A model generated the notes under the pieces. The model saw only the letters and a program-made list of their open reading frames with translations, was not told the origin of the DNA and did no database searches. A stretch of 64,000 nucleotides of DNA from a virus. The stretch is taken from IMG/VR virus record IMGVR_UViG_3300049046_000039, positions 32,001 through 96,000 of that record; one strand, given 5' to 3'. The position numbers and the translations under genes are program-made. Shown one piece after another: positions 1-8,217 of this stretch (position 1 is the stretch's first letter; each line of letters opens with the position of its first letter).

Positions 1-1044
1 ATTGGTGCCGCGCTTGGTGTTAAGCCTGAATATATTGCTGATCTTCAGTCGCAGATTACCGGTGGTGGAAAAGACGTTGGTCCTACTGTTACTGGTAATT
101 TTACAGGTAGAGAAGCTGCGTTTATCGACATGATCTCTAGAAGAGAGGGTGCTGGATACGACACGGAATTTGATAACGGTAATTACGGTAGCGCTGAAAA
201 GATGTTTGGTAAGAAGCTGTCCGAGCTTACTATAGAAGAAGCTCAGCAACTACAAAAACAAATAAACAAGAACACTAGAGCGGCTGGTATAGGACGAAAC
301 TCTAGAGGCCAGATAGTGGGAACTAGCGCTATAGGTAAGGGTCAGTGGATTTCTGGAACTATGGTTGAAACACTAGAGGGTATGGGCTACACTAAAGATC
401 AGTTTAGCACTCTTAAGTTTACACCAGAGCTACAAGACAGAATGATACTAAGTACTGCTATTAAGAAGAGAGGTCTCGATCCAAACAAGATCGACCAGTG
501 GTCTAACAGCGATCTAGTAAAGCTCGGTCTTGAGTGGGAATCTTTAGACGTATCTAAAGGTAAGATAAGCATGGGCGACCTAAAAGAAGAAATTAAGAAG
601 ATAGCTTCAGCATCTACAGCACGCCGTGCTGGTGGAGTCACTCCACTGACACCTAAGAGTGAAGTTGAGAGCGAGTCTAGCTTCTTAGGTGGTCTATTTA
701 AGACTAAGAGAACTAAAGACAAGGGCGACAGCTGGGCTGACACGGCCTTTCAGTTCACGTCAAAGATTATGCAAGTATATGATGACGTGACTGATAATGG
801 GTTGTTTGTTATTAAGAAAGACTCACCTACAGCTAGAAAGCTTGAGAGCACTATAGCTCCTAGAGGTAAGGCTCTAAATCAAACATCTCAGGCAGCTCAA
901 GGCTCTAAGAAAGACAAACCTGTAGTCATAAACAACACGACTAACGTTGCTGCCGGCGGTAAAGCTACGTCAGCTCCAAAAGGAAAGCCCGCGACTCAAC
1001 CAAAGCCTTCGCTCTGGGAGCAGTTTACTGACTGGTTTGACTAA
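1..1044 (+). CDS. Virion/tail protein C-terminal part with lambda-lysozyme-like (muramidase) domain; 5' truncated by window edge
   Basis: Frame open from base 1. AFIDMISRREG..Y, SAIGKGQW and FTPELQD resemble lambda R/GH104 motifs; the PVVINNTTN tail is typical of T4-like baseplate hub proteins. Confidence 0.65.
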   Translation: MGAALGVKPEYIADLQSQITGGGKDVGPTVTGNFTGREAAFIDMISRREGAGYDTEFDNGNYGSAEKMFGKKLSELTIEEAQQLQKQINKNTRAAGIGRNSRGQIVGTSAIGKGQWISGTMVETLEGMGYTKDQFSTLKFTPELQDRMILSTAIKKRGLDPNKIDQWSNSDLVKLGLEWESLDVSKGKISMGDLKEEIKKIASASTARRAGGVTPLTPKSEVESESSFLGGLFKTKRTKDKGDSWADTAFQFTSKIMQVYDDVTDNGLFVIKKDSPTARKLESTIAPRGKALNQTSQAAQGSKKDKPVVINNTTNVAAGGKATSAPKGKPATQPKPSLWEQFTDWFD

Positions 1045-1420
1045 TACCTTCCACGTCTCGCGAGTAGTCTTTAACAAATCTCGCGAGCTCTTGCTGAGTG
1101 GGTATCATTCTTAGATCGTATTCTTCGATCAAGTTGGCCTGCTCTTCAGTAAAACGAAAGCCTTGATCCTTGTACGTTCTAGCGATCTGAAAGTATGTCT
1201 CTTTCAAATGGCAGTCGCTCTGCGATCCATCTTGACACGCAAGAACTGAAGAATAAGTTAGTGCGGCTAGGCCTACAGGAGTCACTTCAGTCAGAGCTTG
1301 ATCTAACGAAGGATTGACTATACCCTTTACTTCGTCTTCTGTTGAAGACGTAACAACGTCTTCCTGAACGCTACATCCTGCTACTAATAGAGCTACGGCA
1401 GCGATTACAAACTTATTCAT
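1025..1420 (-). CDS. Lipoprotein, paralog of 1443-1805
   Basis: Lipobox LVAGC; C..G.QSDC..K..Y.QI..TYK.Q motif shared with neighbour. Confidence 0.75.
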   Translation of the reverse strand: MNKFVIAAVALLVAGCSVQEDVVTSSTEDEVKGIVNPSLDQALTEVTPVGLAALTYSSVLACQDGSQSDCHLKETYFQIARTYKDQGFRFTEEQANLIEEYDLRMIPTQQELARFVKDYSRDVEGISQTSQ

Positions 1421-1442
1421 AAATTCACCTCAGCAAATAAGA

Positions 1443-1805
1443 TTAAGGATTGTTAGCCTCTATCTCTCTTCCCTTGTCGACGTAGTCTTCAAGTTCGTCG
1501 AGTGACGGCAAGACTCGAAGTCCATGCCTATTGAAGAACTGCATTTGTTGGTCGCTAAACTGATAATCCTGCTGCTTGTACGTCTCGTATATCTGAAGAT
1601 ACAGCATCTTCATCTCGCAGTCCTGCTCCAAGCCGCGATTGCAGCGCTGGTGCATACCATAAGAAATGGCTAGCAAACCATCGGCCGTGACTTCAGTCAT
1701 AGCCTTCTCATAGTCTGGGTTGTCCATGTCCATAGCCGACTCGCCCTGTTGGACATTACAAGCCGACATTAGTAGACTTGCTGTCGCAATCAAAAATATG
1801 CGCAT
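1443..1805 (-). CDS. Lipoprotein, paralog of 1025-1420
   Basis: Lipobox MSAC; C..G.EQDC..K..Y.QI..TYK.Q motif. Confidence 0.75.
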   Translation of the reverse strand: MRIFLIATASLLMSACNVQQGESAMDMDNPDYEKAMTEVTADGLLAISYGMHQRCNRGLEQDCEMKMLYLQIYETYKQQDYQFSDQQMQFFNRHGLRVLPSLDELEDYVDKGREIEANNP

Positions 1806-1878
1806 AGTTAAATTCCTTCCATTCCCATTATATCACGATTTAGAATATTTGTAAACATATTTTATATCGTTTGAATAC

Positions 1879-1910
1879 AAAAAAGGGGAGCGCTTGGAGG
1901 CGCTCCCCTT
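1879..1910 (-). terminator. Intrinsic terminator after gene 32
   Basis: GGGGAGCGC/GCGCTCCC stem followed by T-tract on minus strand. Confidence 0.85.
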
Positions 1911-1931
1911 AGTACGAGGTACTTATTGTTC

Positions 1932-2876
1932 TTAGTCAGCCGCGAGATTCTTGAAGAAGTCGAGGCCGTCGTCATCGTCAGAACCAGTGTTCCAAGGAAG
2001 ATCGTCGTCAGAGCTCGAAGAAGGAAGAGCTGTAGCTTCCATAGAAGGAGCTACGTCATCCTCGTCCTCGATAGTTCTACGAGAGTTAGCCGCTGCACGC
2101 TGATGAGCGGCAGTGTTCTGATCACCCAGGCCTAGAACCATCTCAAGCTTACGCTTAAGTTCGTCATAGCTCTTGAACTGGTCAGGAGCGATAACTGCCT
2201 CGAGGCTGTGGCAAGACTTCCAGATAGCTTCGAGAGCGTCGTCGTCACCGGCGATCGCACTTGGCTCGTCGAACTCAGACTTATCGTAGTTACGATAGCC
2301 TTCGACCTGACGAATCTTAAGCTTGAAGTCCGCACCTTCCCAGAGGTCGAACGGGTTCATCGGCGTTTCATCTTCAAACTCAGGGTTCATCTTCTCGTTG
2401 AGCTTATTGAAGATCTTCTTACCGTACTTGTACTTGAAGACCTTACCCTCGTTCTCGGGATTAGCCGAGTCCTTAATGACGAGAATGTTAGATATGAAGT
2501 GGAGGCGGCGCTTCTGGTTACGAGCCTGCTTACGTTCAGGAGAGTTATCGTCCTGAGAAGCGTTCCAGAGCTTGCCGTTGAATTGGGCGACAGGGTCTTC
2601 CTGTCCGATAGAGGTCAGACTCTTCTCGATGTACCACTTACCGGTCGGGCCTTGGAAGCCATGGTCCCAGTAGCGTACGTAAGGGGCAGATTCGCCCGGA
2701 GGAGCTGGAAGGAATCGAATAACAGCGTAACCATTACCAGCCTTATCGACGGTGGGTGCCCAGAAGCTCTCGTCCTTGGAGCGTTCATTACCCTTGGTTA
2801 GCTTTTCGAGATCGGCTGCGAGAGAAGCAGCGCTAGACTTACGGTTCTTTTTTAGATCAGCAAAACTTGATGCCAT
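1932..2876 (-). CDS. 32: Single-stranded DNA-binding protein gp32
   Basis: DKAGNGYAVIRFLPAP, KYGKKIF, NYDKSEF, acidic C-terminal tail. Confidence 0.97.
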   Translation of the reverse strand: MASSFADLKKNRKSSAASLAADLEKLTKGNERSKDESFWAPTVDKAGNGYAVIRFLPAPPGESAPYVRYWDHGFQGPTGKWYIEKSLTSIGQEDPVAQFNGKLWNASQDDNSPERKQARNQKRRLHFISNILVIKDSANPENEGKVFKYKYGKKIFNKLNEKMNPEFEDETPMNPFDLWEGADFKLKIRQVEGYRNYDKSEFDEPSAIAGDDDALEAIWKSCHSLEAVIAPDQFKSYDELKRKLEMVLGLGDQNTAAHQRAAANSRRTIEDEDDVAPSMEATALPSSSSDDDLPWNTGSDDDDGLDFFKNLAAD

Positions 2877-3004
2877 TGTATTTTCCTGTATGATTTGTAT
2901 GTTGTTGTATATGATTTGTATAGCATGTCACTTCACCATAATGTAAATGCAGCAAGAGTTTGCTCCCTCGTGGGCCAGCCTTATCTTGCTGCATTGTATT
3001 TATA
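2877..3004 (-). promoter_or_regulatory. Gene 32 leader: late promoter, hairpin and A-rich translational operator
   Basis: TATAAATA at 3004-2997; TGCAGCAAGA inverted repeat; repeated ATACA units before ATG. Confidence 0.65.
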
Positions 3005-3023
3005 TCACAGTAATGCAAGAATG

Positions 3024-4397
3024 TCAACCATTTTTTGCATTATTTCTCACTTGCTCAAACGTGACTTGATTTTGAAGAGCTCCGTTTCTGAAGCGAGTCT
3101 TCAATAGAGAAGGACCGACTGGAGCTCCAGTCTCTAACTTGATTGTTCTATACTCGTCACCTACTTTAATAAGGTCGAGCATTCCGCGCTTAGACTTCTT
3201 GCCCGGGTCGGTAATCGGGTCCTTATATACGTCTCTCCATTCGCCGTCGACGCAGATCGCCGAGCACTTCATTGCAAACTTCAGAGTATCACGATTGACC
3301 TGCTGAAGCAGGGCGCCACCTTGACCAAAGGTAACATTGTCTGCACTATAGTTAGCCATCTCGAGAGAGTACAGAATAGACCTGATGCTAGAGTGGTCGA
3401 TTCCGTCGCCTTGGATGACTCTTACATTATTGAGGACTCTAAACCCTTTATCATTGACAGTGTGACCGAAGTACTTGTCAAGGATTTGAACGCACTTGGT
3501 AACGACCGCAGCCGGGTCGCCCGAGTCGGGACGGACTACCAAAGTAGCCCCGCTCTTAAGCACCTGGTCCTTAAGGATGGTGCCCCACATCTTGCACGCT
3601 TCGAAGATACTGTAGCTGTCGCTAACACATGCGACCAAGCCACCTGGTTTTGCGTGCTTCTGTAAGATGTTGCTGTAGGCTCTAGCCTCGTTCTCTCGAC
3701 CCCAGCTAGTGATGGTAGAGTGCTCTGAAGCAGGAATGCTGAAGCCTACGATGTCTTTAGTATTGTAGTACTTTCTCGCGAAGAGAAGAGATTCGACTGT
3801 GTCGGTTCCCATAAAGTTGATGAGGTGAGCCAGGCCGCCGATGCCGGCAGACTCTAGACTCGAAACACCTCGAGCGCCGAAGTCGTGAAGCTTGAAGTCG
3901 ATTAGAGAAGGATCGCCGGTTCTCTCGAGAGCGTTGAGGATGATCTTCTTGCTATAGTAGCTGTTAGTGGCTACGGTGGTAGGATACCAGATAGCTCTGA
4001 GCAGCGCTGTCTCGAGAAAAGATACTAACCACCAGCACTTCGGGTCGGTGTTCCAGATGTCTACGAGAACATTGCTGGTTGGGAGAATAGTTCCCTCGTC
4101 TACACCCCGGATGTTGACTGGCAGGAATCCGTCGTGTTCATAGACGATGTACTCCCAGCCTTCGCGATAGAAGGGAAGTCCGTGTGCTGTAATGACTGCT
4201 TCGGCTTCGTCGATCATTTCCATTGTGACCTGGTGTGACAGATACTCCTTGAGGAACATCTGAAGTCCGAAGTATACGGTATCGTCGTACTTACCGCCGC
4301 GCGACTCAATGTAAGAGTAGACGTACTCCGTCTTGTCGGGATACTGATTCCACTGACTGTACTTGTACGAGTCGCTGTTAAGAATGATGTTTTGCAT
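3024..4397 (-). CDS. nadV: Nicotinamide phosphoribosyltransferase (NAMPT)
   Basis: DSYKYSQ, LHDFGARG, PASEHS, VVRPDSGDP, IQGDG. Confidence 0.96.
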   Translation of the reverse strand: MQNIILNSDSYKYSQWNQYPDKTEYVYSYIESRGGKYDDTVYFGLQMFLKEYLSHQVTMEMIDEAEAVITAHGLPFYREGWEYIVYEHDGFLPVNIRGVDEGTILPTSNVLVDIWNTDPKCWWLVSFLETALLRAIWYPTTVATNSYYSKKIILNALERTGDPSLIDFKLHDFGARGVSSLESAGIGGLAHLINFMGTDTVESLLFARKYYNTKDIVGFSIPASEHSTITSWGRENEARAYSNILQKHAKPGGLVACVSDSYSIFEACKMWGTILKDQVLKSGATLVVRPDSGDPAAVVTKCVQILDKYFGHTVNDKGFRVLNNVRVIQGDGIDHSSIRSILYSLEMANYSADNVTFGQGGALLQQVNRDTLKFAMKCSAICVDGEWRDVYKDPITDPGKKSKRGMLDLIKVGDEYRTIKLETGAPVGPSLLKTRFRNGALQNQVTFEQVRNNAKNG

Positions 4398-4437
4398 TGT
4401 AAAACTCCTTTACAAGATGTAGCTAAGCGTCTATCGC

Positions 4438-5496
4438 TTAACCTTTAATAGCTGGGATGAAGTGTTGAATGATGTCGAAGTGATCGTCGAACAGAAAGTC
4501 TCGCTTGATCTGCGAGATGGGGAACCACTTAGCCTTCTCGGCGTCGTCACTTCCTCTCACTCTCGGCAAGTTCCACTCACCGTCACTCAGACGGATGAAA
4601 CCAGCGAATGTTACAGACCTACCTAGAAGCGATCGACCTGGAGCAGCGAAGTGCTGAACTCTGTCGAGAGAACCACGAAGAACCTTATCTGGAACGTCGA
4701 TCTTGGTCTCTTCTCGAAGCTCTCGGAATATGCCGTCGACAGGATCGCGGTCTCTGTTAGCGTCGAAGTATCCACCAGGAAGAGCCCACAGACCCTTACC
4801 AGGAATCGACCTGCGCCTGATAAGAAGAACGTGTCCGGCCTGAACTACTACAGCGTCGCAGGTAACTCCTACGATGGGATACTCGTAGACTTCCTTCTTC
4901 TTTATGTAGTTGTCGATGAACTTCTTCTCTTCGACGATAGAGTCGTAGGTGTCCGCATCGAACTCGTCGAGGAACTCCATTACGGCTCCTGGAACGACGC
5001 CAGCGATAAAGCCGCGGTGCATGTTTGGATTGAAGTACATCTCGCGAATCTTAGTCGCGTCGAGGATGTCAGTGTGAGTGGTGTTATGGCGAGCCCACTG
5101 AGGAAACATGTTGAGGTAGCGACTGGTGTCGCCGTCTTTGGAGTATCCTATTAGGACGATCTCGCTGTCTTCTTTACAGTAGTTGGAGACGATAGACTGA
5201 ACTCGTTCTATCCACGCGTTGTCGTCGTAGATAGTGTCGATGTTAGGCTCGATCGTGACTCTGATTAGCTCACTGTTCTCTTCTTGCTTGCGCAAGTCCG
5301 CGATCGAGTACATTATCATGCACCGACGCTCTTCAAACGTAAACGGATTCTTGTGAGTTCTTGGTTGGTCTGCCGAACCGACTATGACCAGAACGCGATC
5401 TGCGATCTTAGAAGCTTCTACAATGGTCTTGAGGTGCGCATTATGTAGTGGCTGAAAGCGGCCAATGTACACCGCTAGCTTGTACTTTTTACTCAT
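4438..5496 (-). CDS. Bifunctional NMN adenylyltransferase / Nudix hydrolase (NadM-Nudix, NatV-like)
   Basis: IGRFQPLHNAH (HIGH-like) plus Nudix box LPGG...RELREET and GSDDA. Confidence 0.95.
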   Translation of the reverse strand: MSKKYKLAVYIGRFQPLHNAHLKTIVEASKIADRVLVIVGSADQPRTHKNPFTFEERRCMIMYSIADLRKQEENSELIRVTIEPNIDTIYDDNAWIERVQSIVSNYCKEDSEIVLIGYSKDGDTSRYLNMFPQWARHNTTHTDILDATKIREMYFNPNMHRGFIAGVVPGAVMEFLDEFDADTYDSIVEEKKFIDNYIKKKEVYEYPIVGVTCDAVVVQAGHVLLIRRRSIPGKGLWALPGGYFDANRDRDPVDGIFRELREETKIDVPDKVLRGSLDRVQHFAAPGRSLLGRSVTFAGFIRLSDGEWNLPRVRGSDDAEKAKWFPISQIKRDFLFDDHFDIIQHFIPAIKG

Positions 5497-5560
5497 ACAG
5501 CAAAACTCCTTTGCTTATCTTAAGGGCAAGTCTTTCTCGCCCTGTTACATTACTATATAT

Positions 5561-6148
5561 CTAATCACCATAAATGTCAATAACTATGTCGCGTAACTTT
5601 TTTGCGTCATATTGCATGAATGGATGATACTTACGTATCTTAAGAGCTACCTCCTGCCAGACTGGATCGAAGTCCATCTTGCGATTCCAGTAGTTGTAGC
5701 AACCGCTAAGGTGAACTAGAATTACTAAGGTTTCAAGACTGATCGACTGACGTAAGTATTCGCGGAGAAGGGGTGGATGCCTTCCGTCTCCAGCCCTAAA
5801 CATCTCGTCGAAGGACTGATAGGTCTCACTGAGCTTATTGACTTCCTCCTTGAACGTATAAGAAAGAGATTGGTTCCGTTTGGCCCAACTTCGATATACA
5901 GTCTCGGCGTTGTCGTTAGTCGTAAGTTCTCCGACCCATACTTTAGGATCGACAAGAAGGTTTGCAAGCATGAAGCCGAAGGGGTCTCTCTTCTTTGCCA
6001 GCTTCTCAAAATGGTATCTGTCGCGACGGGTATCAAATGACTTGGCACTGGCGGAAACTTTCCCTGCATACTTGTGGTAGTCATATGATTCTTTCGTTAG
6101 ATGATTCTTGAGTGCTAGGTAGGTCTTATAAACGTCGAATGGCTTCAT
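5561..6148 (-). CDS. 59: Helicase loader gp59
   Basis: YKTYLALKNH...YDYHKY.GK, FEKLA, ISLETLVIL; start moved to MKPFDV. Confidence 0.9.
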   Translation of the reverse strand: MKPFDVYKTYLALKNHLTKESYDYHKYAGKVSASAKSFDTRRDRYHFEKLAKKRDPFGFMLANLLVDPKVWVGELTTNDNAETVYRSWAKRNQSLSYTFKEEVNKLSETYQSFDEMFRAGDGRHPPLLREYLRQSISLETLVILVHLSGCYNYWNRKMDFDPVWQEVALKIRKYHPFMQYDAKKLRDIVIDIYGD

Positions 6149-6335
6149 CGTATGGCCCGTTATCGCACTTAGCACAAGTGCCCTTATAACGGCACGTGCC
6201 TGTTAAACATCTTATCTTTTCGAAAATTGTGGTTGGAATATACCACAGAGGGACTGGCGAGGTCTTACACTCGCACCATCTTCCCGTCTCAGTCATTTGA
6301 GTGTGTTGTTGGCAGCGTCCACAGAACCACTTCAT
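6126..6335 (-). CDS. Small Cys-rich hypothetical protein
   Basis: ORF overlaps both neighbours; several CxxC. Confidence 0.5.
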   Translation of the reverse strand: MKWFCGRCQQHTQMTETGRWCECKTSPVPLWYIPTTIFEKIRCLTGTCRYKGTCAKCDNGPYDEAIRRL

Positions 6336-6589
6336 ATGGGTAGCTTAGCCGACGATGGAATGATGTTGAGCTCTTCAGCTTCGTTCTGAATCTTAGCTCT
6401 TAGGACAGGGTCTTTCTTTATGAGCGCCGCTGCAGTCTCTACGTCTACGTTATTCTCTTCGCACCAGTGACATATCGCGTCGATAATGTCTCCAGCATTA
6501 TTCTTGGTTAGTCGATCTACTTCTTTGTTTAGATCGACGTTAAACTTACTACTTGACATCTTCAATCTTTCCATTAATGAGTCTATCAT
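6332..6589 (-). CDS. 33: Late transcription coactivator gp33
   Basis: IIDAICHWCEENNVDVE...KIQNEAEELN; position next to gene 59. Confidence 0.88.
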   Translation of the reverse strand: MIDSLMERLKMSSSKFNVDLNKEVDRLTKNNAGDIIDAICHWCEENNVDVETAAALIKKDPVLRAKIQNEAEELNIIPSSAKLPI

Positions 6590-6827
6590 GCCTCATTATA
6601 AACCAAGTTAGCATGAAAGTAAAGGAAAAACCGTACATGAACTTACCAAATAGCAGAGGTGCGTACATGGTAGATAGCGTGGTAGTAACTAGAAGAACGA
6701 CTAAAGTCAGTGTGTAGAGATCGAATCTCTTGTAAGGTGAAGCGGTCGATAGAAATATCGTGATTGCCGCGACCATCGCGCAAATGTAGCCTAGTATGCT
6801 ACTGATCAATATTACGAAATACAACAT
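6549..6827 (-). CDS. Membrane protein
   Basis: Three hydrophobic segments. Confidence 0.6.
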   Translation of the reverse strand: MLYFVILISSILGYICAMVAAITIFLSTASPYKRFDLYTLTLVVLLVTTTLSTMYAPLLFGKFMYGFSFTFMLTWFIMRHDRLINGKIEDVK

Positions 6828-7033
6828 TATCTAGTTAGACTATCTTTCGCTTTCTTCGGGTCGGCATCCATCATCTTAATAACGTACTCACATTGCCTAG
6901 TGTATTCGATTAGGATTAGTAGATCCTCACCGCTAACAGTTACGTTCTTCTGCTTTGCGGGCGTTTTAAGAACAGCCAGCTCAAGATCGTCTATCAACGC
7001 TTCCATGAGCCCGTGCTTACTAAGATGTGCCAT
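6827..7033 (-). CDS. Hypothetical protein
   Basis: AAGGAG SD; coupled to next ORF. Confidence 0.65.
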   Translation of the reverse strand: MAHLSKHGLMEALIDDLELAVLKTPAKQKNVTVSGEDLLILIEYTRQCEYVIKMMDADPKKAKDSLTR

Positions 7034-7094
7034 AGGGTACTCCTTGTTTGTACCCTATATTTAGGCCGAAGATAGTCTTAAACGCCCGCAAAAG

Positions 7095-7247
7095 TTAAGA
7101 TTGGCTAACTACAGGCCCCGCTGTGATGTAAGATTCGATTGTAGTTGCAATGGTAATGAGGTCGTTTATGTCTGTATAGTTGTTGGTGGAGGCGACGAAA
7201 CGAATGGCTTCGTCGATACAGTACATTCTTAGTTCTCTGTCTGACAT
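7095..7247 (-). CDS. Small hypothetical protein (MSDRELRMYC..., 50 aa; absent from ORF track)
   Basis: TAATG coupling to upstream ORF; hand-translated. Confidence 0.55.
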   Translation of the reverse strand: MSDRELRMYCIDEAIRFVASTNNYTDINDLITIATTIESYITAGPVVSQS

Positions 7248-7528
7248 TACGTAGTGTATCCCTGATTAGCTAACTCGTAGCCATACATCATCATGCGGCA
7301 CTGAAGAGCGAAGTCTCGAACCTTACGATTAGTATCTAGCTTGTAAGCAGTTATAACTTCGTTAGACTGTAGCTCGTCAGTGGCTAGGCTGGCACAGACG
7401 AGAGCTCGCTGTGCTAACTCAGTGTCGGTAATATCCTGATCGTCATTAGGAACGATCAGTTGTTGCTGAGCATACAGCGCGGCCGGAACGCACACTAAGG
7501 CTGCAGCAGCTAAAAGCAGCTTCTTCAT
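7247..7528 (-). CDS. Secreted hypothetical protein
   Basis: Signal peptide MKKLLLAAAAL...ALYA. Confidence 0.7.
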   Translation of the reverse strand: MKKLLLAAAALVCVPAALYAQQQLIVPNDDQDITDTELAQRALVCASLATDELQSNEVITAYKLDTNRKVRDFALQCRMMMYGYELANQGYTT

Positions 7529-7546
7529 ACAAATTTTCCTTGAAAA

Positions 7547-7875
7547 GTGGTGGGATTCTGTTGCTAGGTTCCCACCGGACCCCAGGACTCACTGCTTAGG
7601 CAGCGAGCGCAAGGACATTGTTGTCGTTTGCGGTTATTTTGTGTGGGCCTTAGCGTGGACCCAAACGATCTTCTCAGTCTAGCCTTCAGCGACCATCGAT
7701 CCTAGTTCGGCCCCATCAGAAGCAGTGGTTGGAAGTCTCTTCATACCAACTTTCATTAAGATCGTCTATAGCCAACCTTAAGACCGTCACTGCTTCTGGT
7801 GGAGCCGCCGGGTACTGCCCCCGGGTCTGATCTCCTATCGTTCAACTTCTGGCATATCTCTATGCCGCGAAGATA
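7547..7875 (-). ncRNA. ssrA: Two-piece (circularly permuted) tmRNA, tag (A)ANDNNVLALAA
   Basis: Acceptor piece ends GGCTCCACCA at 7797; intervening segment 7715-7796; coding piece starts GGGGCC at 7714; tag frame 7631-7596. Outer ends approximate. Confidence 0.93.
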
Positions 7876-7878
7876 GAG

Positions 7879-7909
7879 TATTTATAACATAGCTTGACTA
7901 AAATGTCAA
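7879..7909 (-). promoter_or_regulatory. Overlapping sigma70-type and T4 late promoters for tmRNA
   Basis: TTGACA at 7909-7904; TATAAATA at 7886-7879. Confidence 0.75.
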
Positions 7910-8217
7910 GGCCTTTTTTTGCGTCTCTTAATCATAGTCAAGAGCTTGTTCTCAACCTTAGACTTCTTGTTGTTGCAACCTGCGCAGATAAGCTGCCAGT
8001 TGTCTTCTTCGTCTGGTCCACCAAGACACTGAGCCACCATGTGGTCTACACTAGCCTGAAGCGCCCAAGGCTTCTCTTCGGAGTGCTCGATGTGCATCTC
8101 CTGCTCGCATATCCAGCAAGTCTTGTTCTTACGCCATTGGGTCATCTTCCACTGAAACTGTGGATACATCTTTTGCATACGCCTAGCGTGGCCGGCGTTC
8201 TCGTATACGATAGGCAT
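7906..8217 (-). CDS. HNH endonuclease
   Basis: CWIC...SVDH...GG...N.QLIC..CNNKK. Confidence 0.88.
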   Translation of the reverse strand: MPIVYENAGHARRMQKMYPQFQWKMTQWRKNKTCWICEQEMHIEHSEEKPWALQASVDHMVAQCLGGPDEEDNWQLICAGCNNKKSKVENKLLTMIKRRKKRP

